DNA of 64,000 bases from Bacteriovoracaceae bacterium (GTDB lineage: Bacteria > Bdellovibrionota > Bacteriovoracia > Bacteriovoracales > Bacteriovoracaceae), in contig JBLWTJ010000001.1 of assembly GCA_048270185.1 (NCBI GenBank), positions 1,344,001-1,408,000 of the forward strand. The letters run 5' to 3'. This document shows, piece after piece, positions 49,839-59,361 of this stretch (the first letter of the stretch is position 1; every line of letters starts with the position of its first letter). Under the pieces are notes generated by a model, which worked only from the letters and a program-made list of their open reading frames with translations, ran no database searches and was not told the origin of the DNA. A program made the position numbers and the translations under genes.

Positions 49839-50687
49839 ATGTGTCGATTATTTGGATTTAGATCAGTTATTTTAAGTCAGGTTCACCAAAGCTTGGTGCA
49901 AGCAGATAATGCCTTAGAGGTACAAAGTCGCGAGCATCCACATGGCTGGGGTGTTGCCTACTACGTCCGAAATTCTCCTCATATTATTAAATCAACAAAT
50001 GCGGCACTTGAAGATAAGATATTCAAGAAAGTTTCTGGTGTAGTTTCCTCACAAACAGTATTAGGACATATCCGAAAAGCAACAGTTGGTGAAACTAATA
50101 TTTTAAATACTCACCCATTTCAATACGGTCATTGGACATTTGCTCACAATGGAAACATAAAGAACTTCGACGAATGTCGTGAAGCAATACTTGAGCATAT
50201 ACCAGAATACTTCCAAAAGTTTATTCTAGGAACAACTGATAGCGAAGTCCTCTTCTATTACCTACTTTCTAAAATTTCTCGAGTCATGAATTTAAGTGAA
50301 GAGGAAATTGATATCGATGATATGTCCACAATCATCAACGATGCTATCAATGACCTTATCGAGATTATTGGTGAGCTAAACTTTATGGAAGATGCTCCCG
50401 CTACAGATAATTTCTTTACCTTTATATTAACAAACGGAAATATGATGATTGCCTTTAATGGAGGTAAGAAGTTATATTACTCAACTTATAAAAATCAATG
50501 TGTTGACCGTGATACATGTAGTAGCTTCTCTCCGGAGTGTGAAGCACCATCTAAAACAGGATTTGTTAACCACCTTATCTTTTCTAGTGAACCTCTATCA
50601 GGTGATAATATTTGGATAGCTCTAGAGCCAATGGAAATGATGGGAGTCGACTTTAAGATGCAAACTTATAAGAGGGTCTTAAGTTAA
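49839..50687 (+). CDS. Class II glutamine amidotransferase-like Ntn hydrolase (YafJ/EgtC family)
   Basis: N-terminal MCRLFG, HGWG, HIRKAT, NTHPF, AHNG, GTTDSE, SEPL. Confidence 0.88.
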   Translation: MCRLFGFRSVILSQVHQSLVQADNALEVQSREHPHGWGVAYYVRNSPHIIKSTNAALEDKIFKKVSGVVSSQTVLGHIRKATVGETNILNTHPFQYGHWTFAHNGNIKNFDECREAILEHIPEYFQKFILGTTDSEVLFYYLLSKISRVMNLSEEEIDIDDMSTIINDAINDLIEIIGELNFMEDAPATDNFFTFILTNGNMMIAFNGGKKLYYSTYKNQCVDRDTCSSFSPECEAPSKTGFVNHLIFSSEPLSGDNIWIALEPMEMMGVDFKMQTYKRVLS

Positions 50688-50693
50688 TTTCCT

Positions 50694-52106
50694 CTAAGAA
50701 CTTCTAAGATACATATGGTAATCATCCATCTTAAATAACTTCAAATGATATAAAGAATAATCATAAATCACTGATTGCATAAGATCAGGATTTAGCTTTG
50801 AGCTCGCAAAAGCTTCCCATAAGATTTTATACTCAGATGCACTTAAGACGTTATCAGCATAAATAATATGACAAATTGCCAGATACTTAAGCTTTGAATC
50901 TTCAATCTTAATCCCTTTAAAAACACGTTCAATATACTTCTGATTAAGATATTCGTTAATTTTATCGAGATCATATCGATCATTTAAGACTAGATTAATA
51001 ATTAGTAGTATCTCTTCTTCAACAACCTTATCAGATAGAATTTCATCAATTGACTCAACGATATCTTTATTGCGATCAGCTTTAATATAATCGCTTAGTG
51101 CTGTAATGCGTTTCTCATCTAAGCGTAGAAAATGCTTTGCGAAAGTTAGAAAGAGCATATTGGCCATATCATAGAGTGGATGTTTCGAGTTCCACAAGCG
51201 TCCAATAAACTTGCGATTCTTCTTAAAGACTGAAGGCTCTTGAATGAGAATACTATAGAGCCAAAAAACTTGTTCAATATTTGAAACGACAAACTCTTCT
51301 TCATAATGATTGAGAAACCAATCCTCTTCTTTCGGAGATATTTCGTGGTCAGAAAGAAGTGCAATAAGAGAGATAAAAGGTGCAACGACTTGCCAACTGT
51401 CATCATGGAACTCTCCAAGGTGCATCTTTTTAACAATCCCTTTAATGGCAACGATTTCTTTCTTATGAACTTCCCCATCTGACTTAATTGCCTCAACAAC
51501 TTCGTCACGCATCTTCTGAATCTCATCTTTAGAATAAGCGTTCACGGCCAAAACATTTTTAATATCAAAAGAATGAATCGGAACCTTTGGCATATGCTTA
51601 CTAATATTTCGTAGCACTTCTCTTAGATTTTTAAATTCATTAATATCAAGGGTTCCATCATTTGAGTAAGAAACCATTAGGGAGAATAAAAGTGCATTAG
51701 AGTAATCCCTAAGTCCTGCTTTATTAAAGTATTGAGATTTGTAAAAACCGTCACGCAGTCTCTCAAAATCATTCTTTTCAATTTGCAGGCTCTCATAAGC
51801 TTCCTTTAAAATTAAGGGTGCTTTTTTATTTCTAATTTTAAGAGCAAAAATATCAAAGAGTCTGGTAAAGATATCTAGCTTTTCTTCGTATTCAAATTTC
51901 GCATTAATATACTTAAATGAACTCTTCCACTTATTAAAGAAACCTGCTTTTTCATCGAGATCTTGGACATAATCTTCGACGATATTGTAAGAGCCAAAGC
52001 TCCAGCTATAAAAATATGCAAAGAAATTACGACGATGAACCTTATCAATATGAAGGTCTTCACAAATTTCGTGACACATTAAAATTATAGCATCTTCTTT
52101 ATTCAA
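50694..52106 (-). CDS. Protein with repeated TerB-like motifs
   Basis: Recurring xD(G/H/N)xxxxxE motifs: NDGTLDINE, SDGEVHKKE, SDHEISPKE, ADNVLSASE. Confidence 0.55.
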   Translation of the reverse strand: MNKEDAIILMCHEICEDLHIDKVHRRNFFAYFYSWSFGSYNIVEDYVQDLDEKAGFFNKWKSSFKYINAKFEYEEKLDIFTRLFDIFALKIRNKKAPLILKEAYESLQIEKNDFERLRDGFYKSQYFNKAGLRDYSNALLFSLMVSYSNDGTLDINEFKNLREVLRNISKHMPKVPIHSFDIKNVLAVNAYSKDEIQKMRDEVVEAIKSDGEVHKKEIVAIKGIVKKMHLGEFHDDSWQVVAPFISLIALLSDHEISPKEEDWFLNHYEEEFVVSNIEQVFWLYSILIQEPSVFKKNRKFIGRLWNSKHPLYDMANMLFLTFAKHFLRLDEKRITALSDYIKADRNKDIVESIDEILSDKVVEEEILLIINLVLNDRYDLDKINEYLNQKYIERVFKGIKIEDSKLKYLAICHIIYADNVLSASEYKILWEAFASSKLNPDLMQSVIYDYSLYHLKLFKMDDYHMYLRSS

Positions 52107-53014
52107 CGTTTGCCCCTTTTACGAGCTTGAAATAATTTAACATTTGGAACATACGTATAGCATGCACCGAGATAGAATGAGCATATAATATAATACACCC
52201 AAATCATTGCCACGAGTAGATTATAAAAGCTTCCATAGTCATTCATGAGATCTTCTTGAAAGTATCTCAGATATACCCAGTACGTTGACTTCCCAACAAA
52301 GAAGCATAGAACAAATACGGCTGCACCACAAAGAGCATCCTTATATGTTACTTTTATTTGTGTTGAAAGTTTATAAACTAAAGCAAAGGTTATGATCGTA
52401 AATGGAATAAGACATAGCTCTATGAATTGATAGAGACCTGTTGCATAGCTTGTAATATTTGAAAGAAGTCCTACAATGATTTCCTTTTCCATAATGAAGG
52501 AAACGGATAGAAAGAAGAGTGCAAGAACAATCCCAAAAACTGCAGACTTAAGATCATCCTGAATCATGCCACCATCAATATCTACTTTTGAGAGAGTATT
52601 AATTCCAAAAATAAATGATGTGCTAATTCCAAGACATGCAAAGAACCAAAGTGCTAATTGGTGGAAGTCGATAGACTGACTTCGAAGTTGTTCTTCAACA
52701 ATTCCCTTAATTCCTTTAAGAATTGAGGAATCGACTTGTGGAAAGTTTGAGAAAATCATAGAAATGATGTGATTTTTTGCGACGTCATTATCGTTGAGGT
52801 AGGCACCAATAATTGAGATCAAAATAAGAACTGCGGGGCCAAAGCTTAATATCGTAAAGAATGTCGTGGCACCAGCAACAACCTCTCCTTTTCTCTTTTT
52901 AAAGAGAAAAATGGCCGCAATAAAGCGCATGACAAAAGCCTTACAAAATTCGAGGAAGTCTCTTTCAATCTTATCCGGGTCGAGCCTCGTGGCCATCACA
53001 TACTTCTTAATCAT
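52103..53014 (-). CDS. YihY/BrkB family inner-membrane protein
   Basis: AGATTFFTILSFGP, YGSFYNLLVAMIWVYY; multiple TM segments. Confidence 0.85.
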   Translation of the reverse strand: MIKKYVMATRLDPDKIERDFLEFCKAFVMRFIAAIFLFKKRKGEVVAGATTFFTILSFGPAVLILISIIGAYLNDNDVAKNHIISMIFSNFPQVDSSILKGIKGIVEEQLRSQSIDFHQLALWFFACLGISTSFIFGINTLSKVDIDGGMIQDDLKSAVFGIVLALFFLSVSFIMEKEIIVGLLSNITSYATGLYQFIELCLIPFTIITFALVYKLSTQIKVTYKDALCGAAVFVLCFFVGKSTYWVYLRYFQEDLMNDYGSFYNLLVAMIWVYYIICSFYLGACYTYVPNVKLFQARKRGKR

Positions 53015-53205
53015 AATGTGTTCTTCGGCATTTACGGCCCTTGATTTTAGCTTTCGTTCATAAAATTATTCCAACAACCGAGTTATGCACACGGGTAATC
53101 GACTAATTTAATGGGAGGAGAGGTCAAGATTACCATCTGAAACCTGATGCAAAAAAGTGATAAAATGAATAGGTGGTCAATGGACTGACCACAGATGGAG
53201 TAAAT

Positions 53206-53634
53206 ATGAACAAGTTAGTATTAGCAATTTCCCTTGTCTACCTATCATCGCAATTCTCATTTGCGAGAAAGCCCGCTGTTGAAGATACCTATACTTCTTC
53301 AATAAAAGAATTTAAGGAAGTCGAGCCATCTAAGGCAAAGGGTTATGATTTTTCTCCAGCAAGAAAGCCATCTACTGCACAGACAGAAAGAACACATAAA
53401 TCTGATCTATTAAAAGTTGAATCATATACAGAGTCAAATACTTCAAAGAATCTACTCTATCTATTCTTTATCCTTCTTCCAATTTTTGTTAGTGCTTATA
53501 CATTCTTTAGAGCTAATAAAGATTCATATGCTGAAGGGCTTAAGAAAGATGCAACACCAGATGAATCAAATGTTACTCACCTATCTGATAAAAGAGAAGA
53601 ACAGAAGGTTGATGACGTTAAGAAAGCATCATAA
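53206..53634 (+). CDS. Hypothetical exported single-TM protein
   Basis: GGAG SD, signal peptide, RKPA/RKPS motifs, TM segment, C-terminal KKAS. Confidence 0.7.
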   Translation: MNKLVLAISLVYLSSQFSFARKPAVEDTYTSSIKEFKEVEPSKAKGYDFSPARKPSTAQTERTHKSDLLKVESYTESNTSKNLLYLFFILLPIFVSAYTFFRANKDSYAEGLKKDATPDESNVTHLSDKREEQKVDDVKKAS

Positions 53635-53638
53635 ATTC

Positions 53639-54274
53639 TTACATATTTCCAGTCTGGGCCCACTTACCATTTTTTAAATGAGAGTAGGCCTTAAAGACTG
53701 AACCACTTGTAATGATAAGATCTAATTGATTATCACGATTAATATCTTTAAATTCAACTTGATGGGCCCTCTTATAAAGCCCGTAATTATCTTTATTCTC
53801 TAGCCAAATATTTCCAAAGCTCTTAAGAACTAAGTTTTCAAGTTTTCCATCCTCGACAACCATTGCCCAAACCGACGCCGATCCCATGGTATTGATGTAA
53901 TTTGTATTTCCATTAAAGAGATAAACTAAGAGAGCGACTTTGTTATTAGAGATTCTTCTTCTCTTTAATCGATAAATATGTGAATTGAAACCTGAAATGG
54001 GAAATTTTTCATCAAAGACAATATTCTTTCTTGAATCATAGATAGTAAGATGAGGAATACCATCTTCTATCTTTGTCCCAATATACTCGCGCACCTCATC
54101 TCCTGATATATCAATATGATACAGGGAAGAGTTAATTTTATAATGGACCTTATCTTTACTGTGCTTCTCGACTTTTTCGTTAGTTTTGTAGAAATCATTT
54201 AAAATCCAAGCATCTTGCGCAAAGGCACAAGGAAATAAACCTAGAAGTATTGATAATTTCAGTTTCGACATCAT
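53639..54274 (-). CDS. Secreted hypothetical protein with FG-GAP/VCBS-like motif
   Basis: Signal peptide; DINRDNQLDLII. Confidence 0.65.
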   Translation of the reverse strand: MMSKLKLSILLGLFPCAFAQDAWILNDFYKTNEKVEKHSKDKVHYKINSSLYHIDISGDEVREYIGTKIEDGIPHLTIYDSRKNIVFDEKFPISGFNSHIYRLKRRRISNNKVALLVYLFNGNTNYINTMGSASVWAMVVEDGKLENLVLKSFGNIWLENKDNYGLYKRAHQVEFKDINRDNQLDLIITSGSVFKAYSHLKNGKWAQTGNM

Positions 54275-54393
54275 ATGTTAATTATAACAAGTTCTTGAGA
54301 ATCTGCCCATTAGGCAGCCTTTTGCCCCATCAACATTGACGTATGCCACTACAATTCGATAATATTTTGTATCTACACACAGAGGGGAATTTA

Positions 54394-55158
54394 ATGCAAC
54401 GCCAAATTGGTTTTATTAAAAATCAAAATCAAATTATCATTCGACAGCTTAATCTTCAGGCAATTGAGGCCAGTGAGAAAAAAAGCAAAATAGCTGATGT
54501 CTCAGAAATAAAGAATGAGAAATTCGATTGCATTTTCTATTCTCCAGAATTCCTAGAAGAAGAGACAATCCATAACTTCCTAACGAAGGAATCAAAGTAT
54601 ACTCCAATTCAAGAAATAAAGACCTTCTTTCAAGACGCTGATCAATTTGAGGCAGAATCCCCAGAGAAACTTTCACTAGTGTTTAATCAGATCTCAAGTA
54701 ATTGGGTTCTACAAAATAATATCATTCTCTTAGAAGAATTATTTGAAGTTGTGGATCACCTAAAGGCACTTTGGCCAAATGATCGTACAAGTTTTTTCGA
54801 AGAGGTATGGCATATTTTTAAAATCAACCTTGGAGCAAATAGCTTAAAGCTAATTTACAATGATATTGAGATCGTTCAAAAGAATAGTGACCGCAAGGCC
54901 CTTGTTCACGTTTCAATTGATGGTGATAAGGTTCCAAATCCTAAAAAAGGAAAGGACTTCGAAGAGAAGTTGATGAAGCATTTTGAGTCAGAATTTATTA
55001 ATCAATTCCAGATTACTGAATATAATGAAGATAAGGGCGAGTTAACGATTTGTGGAAATATCCTGAAGAGTCCATTCATTGTCATGGCAAATGTAAGTGG
55101 TATTACAAAACTTCAAGAATCTGTTCTTTCAACTTTTATCAAAGCACTTTCTAGATAA
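54394..55158 (+). CDS. Hypothetical protein
   Basis: GAGGGG SD before ATG at 54394; 254-aa ORF. Confidence 0.7.
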   Translation: MQRQIGFIKNQNQIIIRQLNLQAIEASEKKSKIADVSEIKNEKFDCIFYSPEFLEEETIHNFLTKESKYTPIQEIKTFFQDADQFEAESPEKLSLVFNQISSNWVLQNNIILLEELFEVVDHLKALWPNDRTSFFEEVWHIFKINLGANSLKLIYNDIEIVQKNSDRKALVHVSIDGDKVPNPKKGKDFEEKLMKHFESEFINQFQITEYNEDKGELTICGNILKSPFIVMANVSGITKLQESVLSTFIKALSR

Positions 55159-55186
55159 AAAAAAGCCCACTTAAAGTGGGCCTTTT
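55157..55186. terminator. Bidirectional terminator
   Basis: A8-GCCCAC-TTAAA-GTGGGC-CTTTT between convergent genes. Confidence 0.75.
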
Positions 55187-55187
55187 C

Positions 55188-57104
55188 TTATAATAATTTA
55201 CATAAATCGACGACTTTAGAATTTGAAATCTCAAAAGAGACTTTGTGAGCAGCTGTCTTACGACGATCTCTCACTGTTACGTGATATTCTTTCGGAACAG
55301 AATCACCTTGCGCATTTATTCCTGTCGCAAACGGAATTCCTGGAACAAATTTGATTGGAATACTCTCCTCTCTTTGCTCTCCAAATAATTCGAAGCTAAT
55401 ACTTCCTACAAGACAGGCAGAACTAGTTTGAAGGTATCCATAGTAAGCCTTAGGCATTGATTCAACTTGTACACTGCGAGATTCTCCTGCTTGAACAGAA
55501 ACATCTTGTACAACAAAATGCTCACGGCCACTCTTTTCTACTCTCATTGTCATGACTTCATTCGAGTTCACTTTAACACGATTTAGGATGTCTACTTGAG
55601 CTTCCTTACCATTAATGTAAAGCTTATCTTTTCCTCGACTAAAGTTTTTAAGAATAAGTACCCCTTGTTCACTACTAGTTGGTTCGCGTTTTGAATTTTC
55701 ATTTTCAACAGCAGAGTTCGTTGCCACAGAACCATTACCTGTACCAATAAATGGTATTTTATCTTTAACTAAGAAACCACCTACTGCGATGGCCGCAATA
55801 GAAGCAACATGAATAAGATAGCTTTTCTTCTTTTCAACTTTCTTCTTCTTTTTAATACGTTTAATTTTTGTACTCGCACTCGTTTTACCCGCGCGAATAT
55901 CAATCTTATTAATCGTCGTTTTAGAAGACTTAGAAGCAAGATCAAGTTTAGGAATAGTTCCTTCTACTTGAATATCAGTTTGTTCATCGAGATCAAGTTC
56001 AAATAGTGCTTCCTGAGCTTTTCTCTTATTCTTTCCAGAAGATACAGATCCGCCAGCATCACTAGCTTCACTAGAAGTCCCTTTTCCTTCACTCTCATTC
56101 TTATAATCTTTAATATAAGGAGCAAGTTCAATTTGTCCAAACTCATACATCACTTCACGATCTGCTTTGATCTCTACTTTAAAGAGTTCTTTTGCGAAGT
56201 ATGAAAGATCTGACGAGTTAAAGTCAGGATATGTTGAATAAAGGAATTTATTTAGAGCACGAGCAAATTCTTCTAAAGACTGGTAACGTTTATTACGGTC
56301 TTTATGAAGTGCTTTCAGAATAATCTTATCAAGTTCTTTTGGAACGAGTGGATTAATTGAAGAAGGAACTGGAATTTTACATTCTTGAATTTTCTTTAGA
56401 ACAGCTAGATCATTTGAAGCCTTAAATAGCTTTCTTGAACAAAGCATTTCCCATAGTGTAATGGCCGTTGCAAAAAGGTCATAACGAGGGTCAAGATCAA
56501 GCCCATCCAGGTATTCAGGAGCAAGGTAAGATAATTTACCTTTGATCGTCCCAGCTTGAGTTGCCTCTGAGTTCGTTTCTGACTTTGCAATACCAAAGTC
56601 AATAACCTTAACAGAACCATCAAAAGTTAGCATGATATTGTGAGGTGAAATATCTCTGTGAACAATATTAGCGGGCTTTCCCGTTAGCTTATCTGTAAAA
56701 GTGTGAGCATAGTGAAGGCCTTGAGCGGCCTGAATTGTAATGAAAGCAGAAATCTCAACTGGAAAAACATAATTATGTTCTTTCAGCTTATCGATATATT
56801 GCTTAAGGTTTCGTCCATCACAATACTCCATTGCAACGAATAGCTGCCCCTTATGAAAACCATAATCATAAGTTTGTACAATATTCGGGTGTAAAAGACC
56901 GAAAGTCGTTTTAATTTCATCCATAAACATTGTCTGAAATGCTTCGTCAGATGAAAATTGTGGCTGAACCATCTTAATTGCGACAATCTTATCCGCCTGC
57001 TCGCCTAAGAATCGAGCACGACAAATCTTGGCCATCCCACCATCAACTAGGTGGTCTAAAATAAGGTATCGACCAAATCTTTCAAATTTCTTTTCTTCAC
57101 TCAT
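55188..57104 (-). CDS. Hanks-type Ser/Thr protein kinase with TM segment and periplasmic PEGA-like domain
   Basis: DGGMA, VAIK, HRDISPHN, DFGIAK, GKLSYLAPE; TM IHVASIAAIAVGGFLV. Confidence 0.93.
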   Translation of the reverse strand: MSEEKKFERFGRYLILDHLVDGGMAKICRARFLGEQADKIVAIKMVQPQFSSDEAFQTMFMDEIKTTFGLLHPNIVQTYDYGFHKGQLFVAMEYCDGRNLKQYIDKLKEHNYVFPVEISAFITIQAAQGLHYAHTFTDKLTGKPANIVHRDISPHNIMLTFDGSVKVIDFGIAKSETNSEATQAGTIKGKLSYLAPEYLDGLDLDPRYDLFATAITLWEMLCSRKLFKASNDLAVLKKIQECKIPVPSSINPLVPKELDKIILKALHKDRNKRYQSLEEFARALNKFLYSTYPDFNSSDLSYFAKELFKVEIKADREVMYEFGQIELAPYIKDYKNESEGKGTSSEASDAGGSVSSGKNKRKAQEALFELDLDEQTDIQVEGTIPKLDLASKSSKTTINKIDIRAGKTSASTKIKRIKKKKKVEKKKSYLIHVASIAAIAVGGFLVKDKIPFIGTGNGSVATNSAVENENSKREPTSSEQGVLILKNFSRGKDKLYINGKEAQVDILNRVKVNSNEVMTMRVEKSGREHFVVQDVSVQAGESRSVQVESMPKAYYGYLQTSSACLVGSISFELFGEQREESIPIKFVPGIPFATGINAQGDSVPKEYHVTVRDRRKTAAHKVSFEISNSKVVDLCKLL

Positions 57105-57124
57105 TACTAAAGCTCCTCAGCTTA

Positions 57125-57152
57125 TTATCGGAAAATAAGTGAATTAACTTTA
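57125..57152 (-). promoter_or_regulatory. Sigma28-like promoter of the Ser/Thr kinase gene
   Basis: Minus strand TAAA-N16-TCCGATAA. Confidence 0.72.
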
Positions 57153-57165
57153 GTGTTTATATTGA

Positions 57166-57687
57166 CTAAAAATGCAGGACTCTTGTTCGGAAATTCGGGA
57201 ATTTAATAGCAATATCACCAATTTCACGTGTCGAACAAAGTGTTTTGATCTTATATAGAGACAAAAAGAATTTATTGTAATCAGGGTGATTACTTAAGGC
57301 CAAGTCAAAATCATTAGTTATAACTTCAGATAAGCTATCACTAAGAATCTGGTTATAGAACATTTGTTGAGAAATTCTGTCGGAATCAAGACTGAAAGTA
57401 ATTGAAACATAAACATTCTTACACTTATTTAGGCGACGAACTTCACTTTCTGAATACCACTGCCAAAAAGGTGAATTCTTATCCATCTTAGTTAAGAATA
57501 CATCATACATGAGATTTAGTTCTGAATACCAAGACAGGCGTTGAAATACTAGAGCATCACTCCAAGGCTCTGCACCAGCTGTTCCCCCCTTAATTAGGGC
57601 ATCTCCCTCTTTTACAAAGTTCTTTGTCATATTTCCACACGAAATTAAAATCGCAAGAAGGGATAAAGCTAAAATTCTAGTTTTCAT
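57166..57687 (-). CDS. Hypothetical lipoprotein
   Basis: Lipobox LISC. Confidence 0.72.
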   Translation of the reverse strand: MKTRILALSLLAILISCGNMTKNFVKEGDALIKGGTAGAEPWSDALVFQRLSWYSELNLMYDVFLTKMDKNSPFWQWYSESEVRRLNKCKNVYVSITFSLDSDRISQQMFYNQILSDSLSEVITNDFDLALSNHPDYNKFFLSLYKIKTLCSTREIGDIAIKFPNFRTRVLHF

Positions 57688-58396
57688 ATATCCAATTATA
57701 GGTTTCTTTGAAAATAATGTCTTCTTTTTTTATAGTTTTTATAGAATTAAAGTCTGCTACTTCCACTTCATCGCGGTATTCACTCATGAGTGTTTCAAAA
57801 ATCATACTATCACGATGACTACTAAAAATTAGATTACGACAATTCATAAAATAGACTTCTAATTGGACGTTCTTTATTATTTTCTGCAACACATCGTATG
57901 TTCTCTTTGTAATAAAGCCGTTTGCAGTTAGATCATTACTTTGTTTTTTTAGTTGTAACTGAAGCTTTGGTGATACAAATGGAATAGATGTTATCAATTG
58001 TCCCTTTAAGCCTTCAGTAAGCTCTGTTCGAAGCTTTGGATTGAGAAAGATATTACCTTTAACATTATCAAAGAGGGTCGCATAATACAGGGCCACAAGG
58101 GCACCTTGATTGATAGAAAGAGTGTAAATTTCACTCCCCTGAGCCAATAGACTACAACGATGTAGTTCTTCTAAAAATGATTTAACAACTTTAGTATTAT
58201 CAAAATGACCACGAGTTCCAGCACTTAAGCCGTGACCTAAATAATCAAAGACAACAACATTAAGTCCAACTTCAGTTAAAAGAGGTATAAGACTTTTAAA
58301 TGTGTCATGTCCTCCCCCAATATCATGGAAGAGAATGAGTGTTTTCGCCTGATCTTCTTTACCATAATATTCTTTAAAGTAGATCGATGTGCTCAT
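57677..58396 (-). CDS. Alpha/beta-hydrolase (lysophospholipase-like) fold protein, nucleophile apparently absent
   Basis: LILFHD, DYLGHGLSAGTRG; SINQG occupies the GxSxG position. Confidence 0.7.
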   Translation of the reverse strand: MSTSIYFKEYYGKEDQAKTLILFHDIGGGHDTFKSLIPLLTEVGLNVVVFDYLGHGLSAGTRGHFDNTKVVKSFLEELHRCSLLAQGSEIYTLSINQGALVALYYATLFDNVKGNIFLNPKLRTELTEGLKGQLITSIPFVSPKLQLQLKKQSNDLTANGFITKRTYDVLQKIIKNVQLEVYFMNCRNLIFSSHRDSMIFETLMSEYRDEVEVADFNSIKTIKKEDIIFKETYNWIYEN

Positions 58397-58402
58397 CTCA
58401 AA

Positions 58403-59194
58403 TTAACCGATATAATTGCTGATTGACGTTTCAGCTTCATCAGAAAGATTCACAAAACGAAGAGCGAATCCTTGATTTCCTTCAAGGTGTCTAACAACTA
58501 GACCTGAGGCAACAAAATGATAATCATCGTTTTCGGGGTGAACATTTAAGGTAACTTCATCCCCAACATTGAATGGAAAATTAGATACAAGAATCTGCAT
58601 TCCTCCAATTGAGATATCACGACAAACACCTTCAAACACCTGTTGTGAATCATGGAAGAACATTCTTGCTACGAATGGCTTTCTTTGATTGCGTCTGCGC
58701 TCGTCCTCTGTAATCAGTGGAGGCGTCTGCCCCATCACCTTGCGAGCAATTGGAGTATCAGCAATGAAGGACCACTCATTTTCTCCTGGTATATAAGCGA
58801 GAGTTTTTTCATTAATACGATTTTCGGCATAAGCTTTCTGTAAATCAATAATACTAAAAGGCCCATACTCAACTTCATCAGCGCCACGATCAAGCCCAAT
58901 TTTAATCGTGATAATTTTCTCATCGTCTTTTAAATCATCCCATGAGTAAAGAACAACATGCTGATCATCAATAACAGGTGGCATATCAAGTGCCGGCGGC
59001 AATTCATCAACAATCTTCTTATTAAGCAAATGCCCTAATTCAGCAGTATCTGAAATATACTTCCAATTATCGAAACCCTTCGTCCATACATAGCTATCAG
59101 GTGTTAGCTTCCCACTTTGAAATAGAGTTTCTACTTCCTCTAATTCAATAGGTCCGACTCTCTCACCTTTTTCAACGTAAAACCACTGTGCCAT
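58403..59194 (-). CDS. Tandem GYF_2 (DUF4339) domains plus C-terminal PilZ
   Basis: WFYVEKGERVGP...VWTKGFDNW; YGPFS...YIPGENEW; RRNQR and DISIGG. Confidence 0.85.
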   Translation of the reverse strand: MAQWFYVEKGERVGPIELEEVETLFQSGKLTPDSYVWTKGFDNWKYISDTAELGHLLNKKIVDELPPALDMPPVIDDQHVVLYSWDDLKDDEKIITIKIGLDRGADEVEYGPFSIIDLQKAYAENRINEKTLAYIPGENEWSFIADTPIARKVMGQTPPLITEDERRRNQRKPFVARMFFHDSQQVFEGVCRDISIGGMQILVSNFPFNVGDEVTLNVHPENDDYHFVASGLVVRHLEGNQGFALRFVNLSDEAETSISNYIG

Positions 59195-59325
59195 GTATTT
59201 CTCCAATTTTAATAGACTCCTCTATTTTAACCTGTTGATTTCATTAACAAAATTCATGATAAATATTGCCTCTTTAAGTAATATTCGAGCTTTAAAATAC
59301 TTTAGTAAAAAAGACTGAAATCAAT

Positions 59326-59353
59326 TTAAGTTTTATTTTGCTATTTCCGAAGA
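59326..59353 (+). promoter_or_regulatory. Sigma28-like promoter of the vWA lipoprotein gene
   Basis: TTAA-N16-TCCGAAGA. Confidence 0.45.
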
Positions 59354-59361
59354 GCTAAGTG

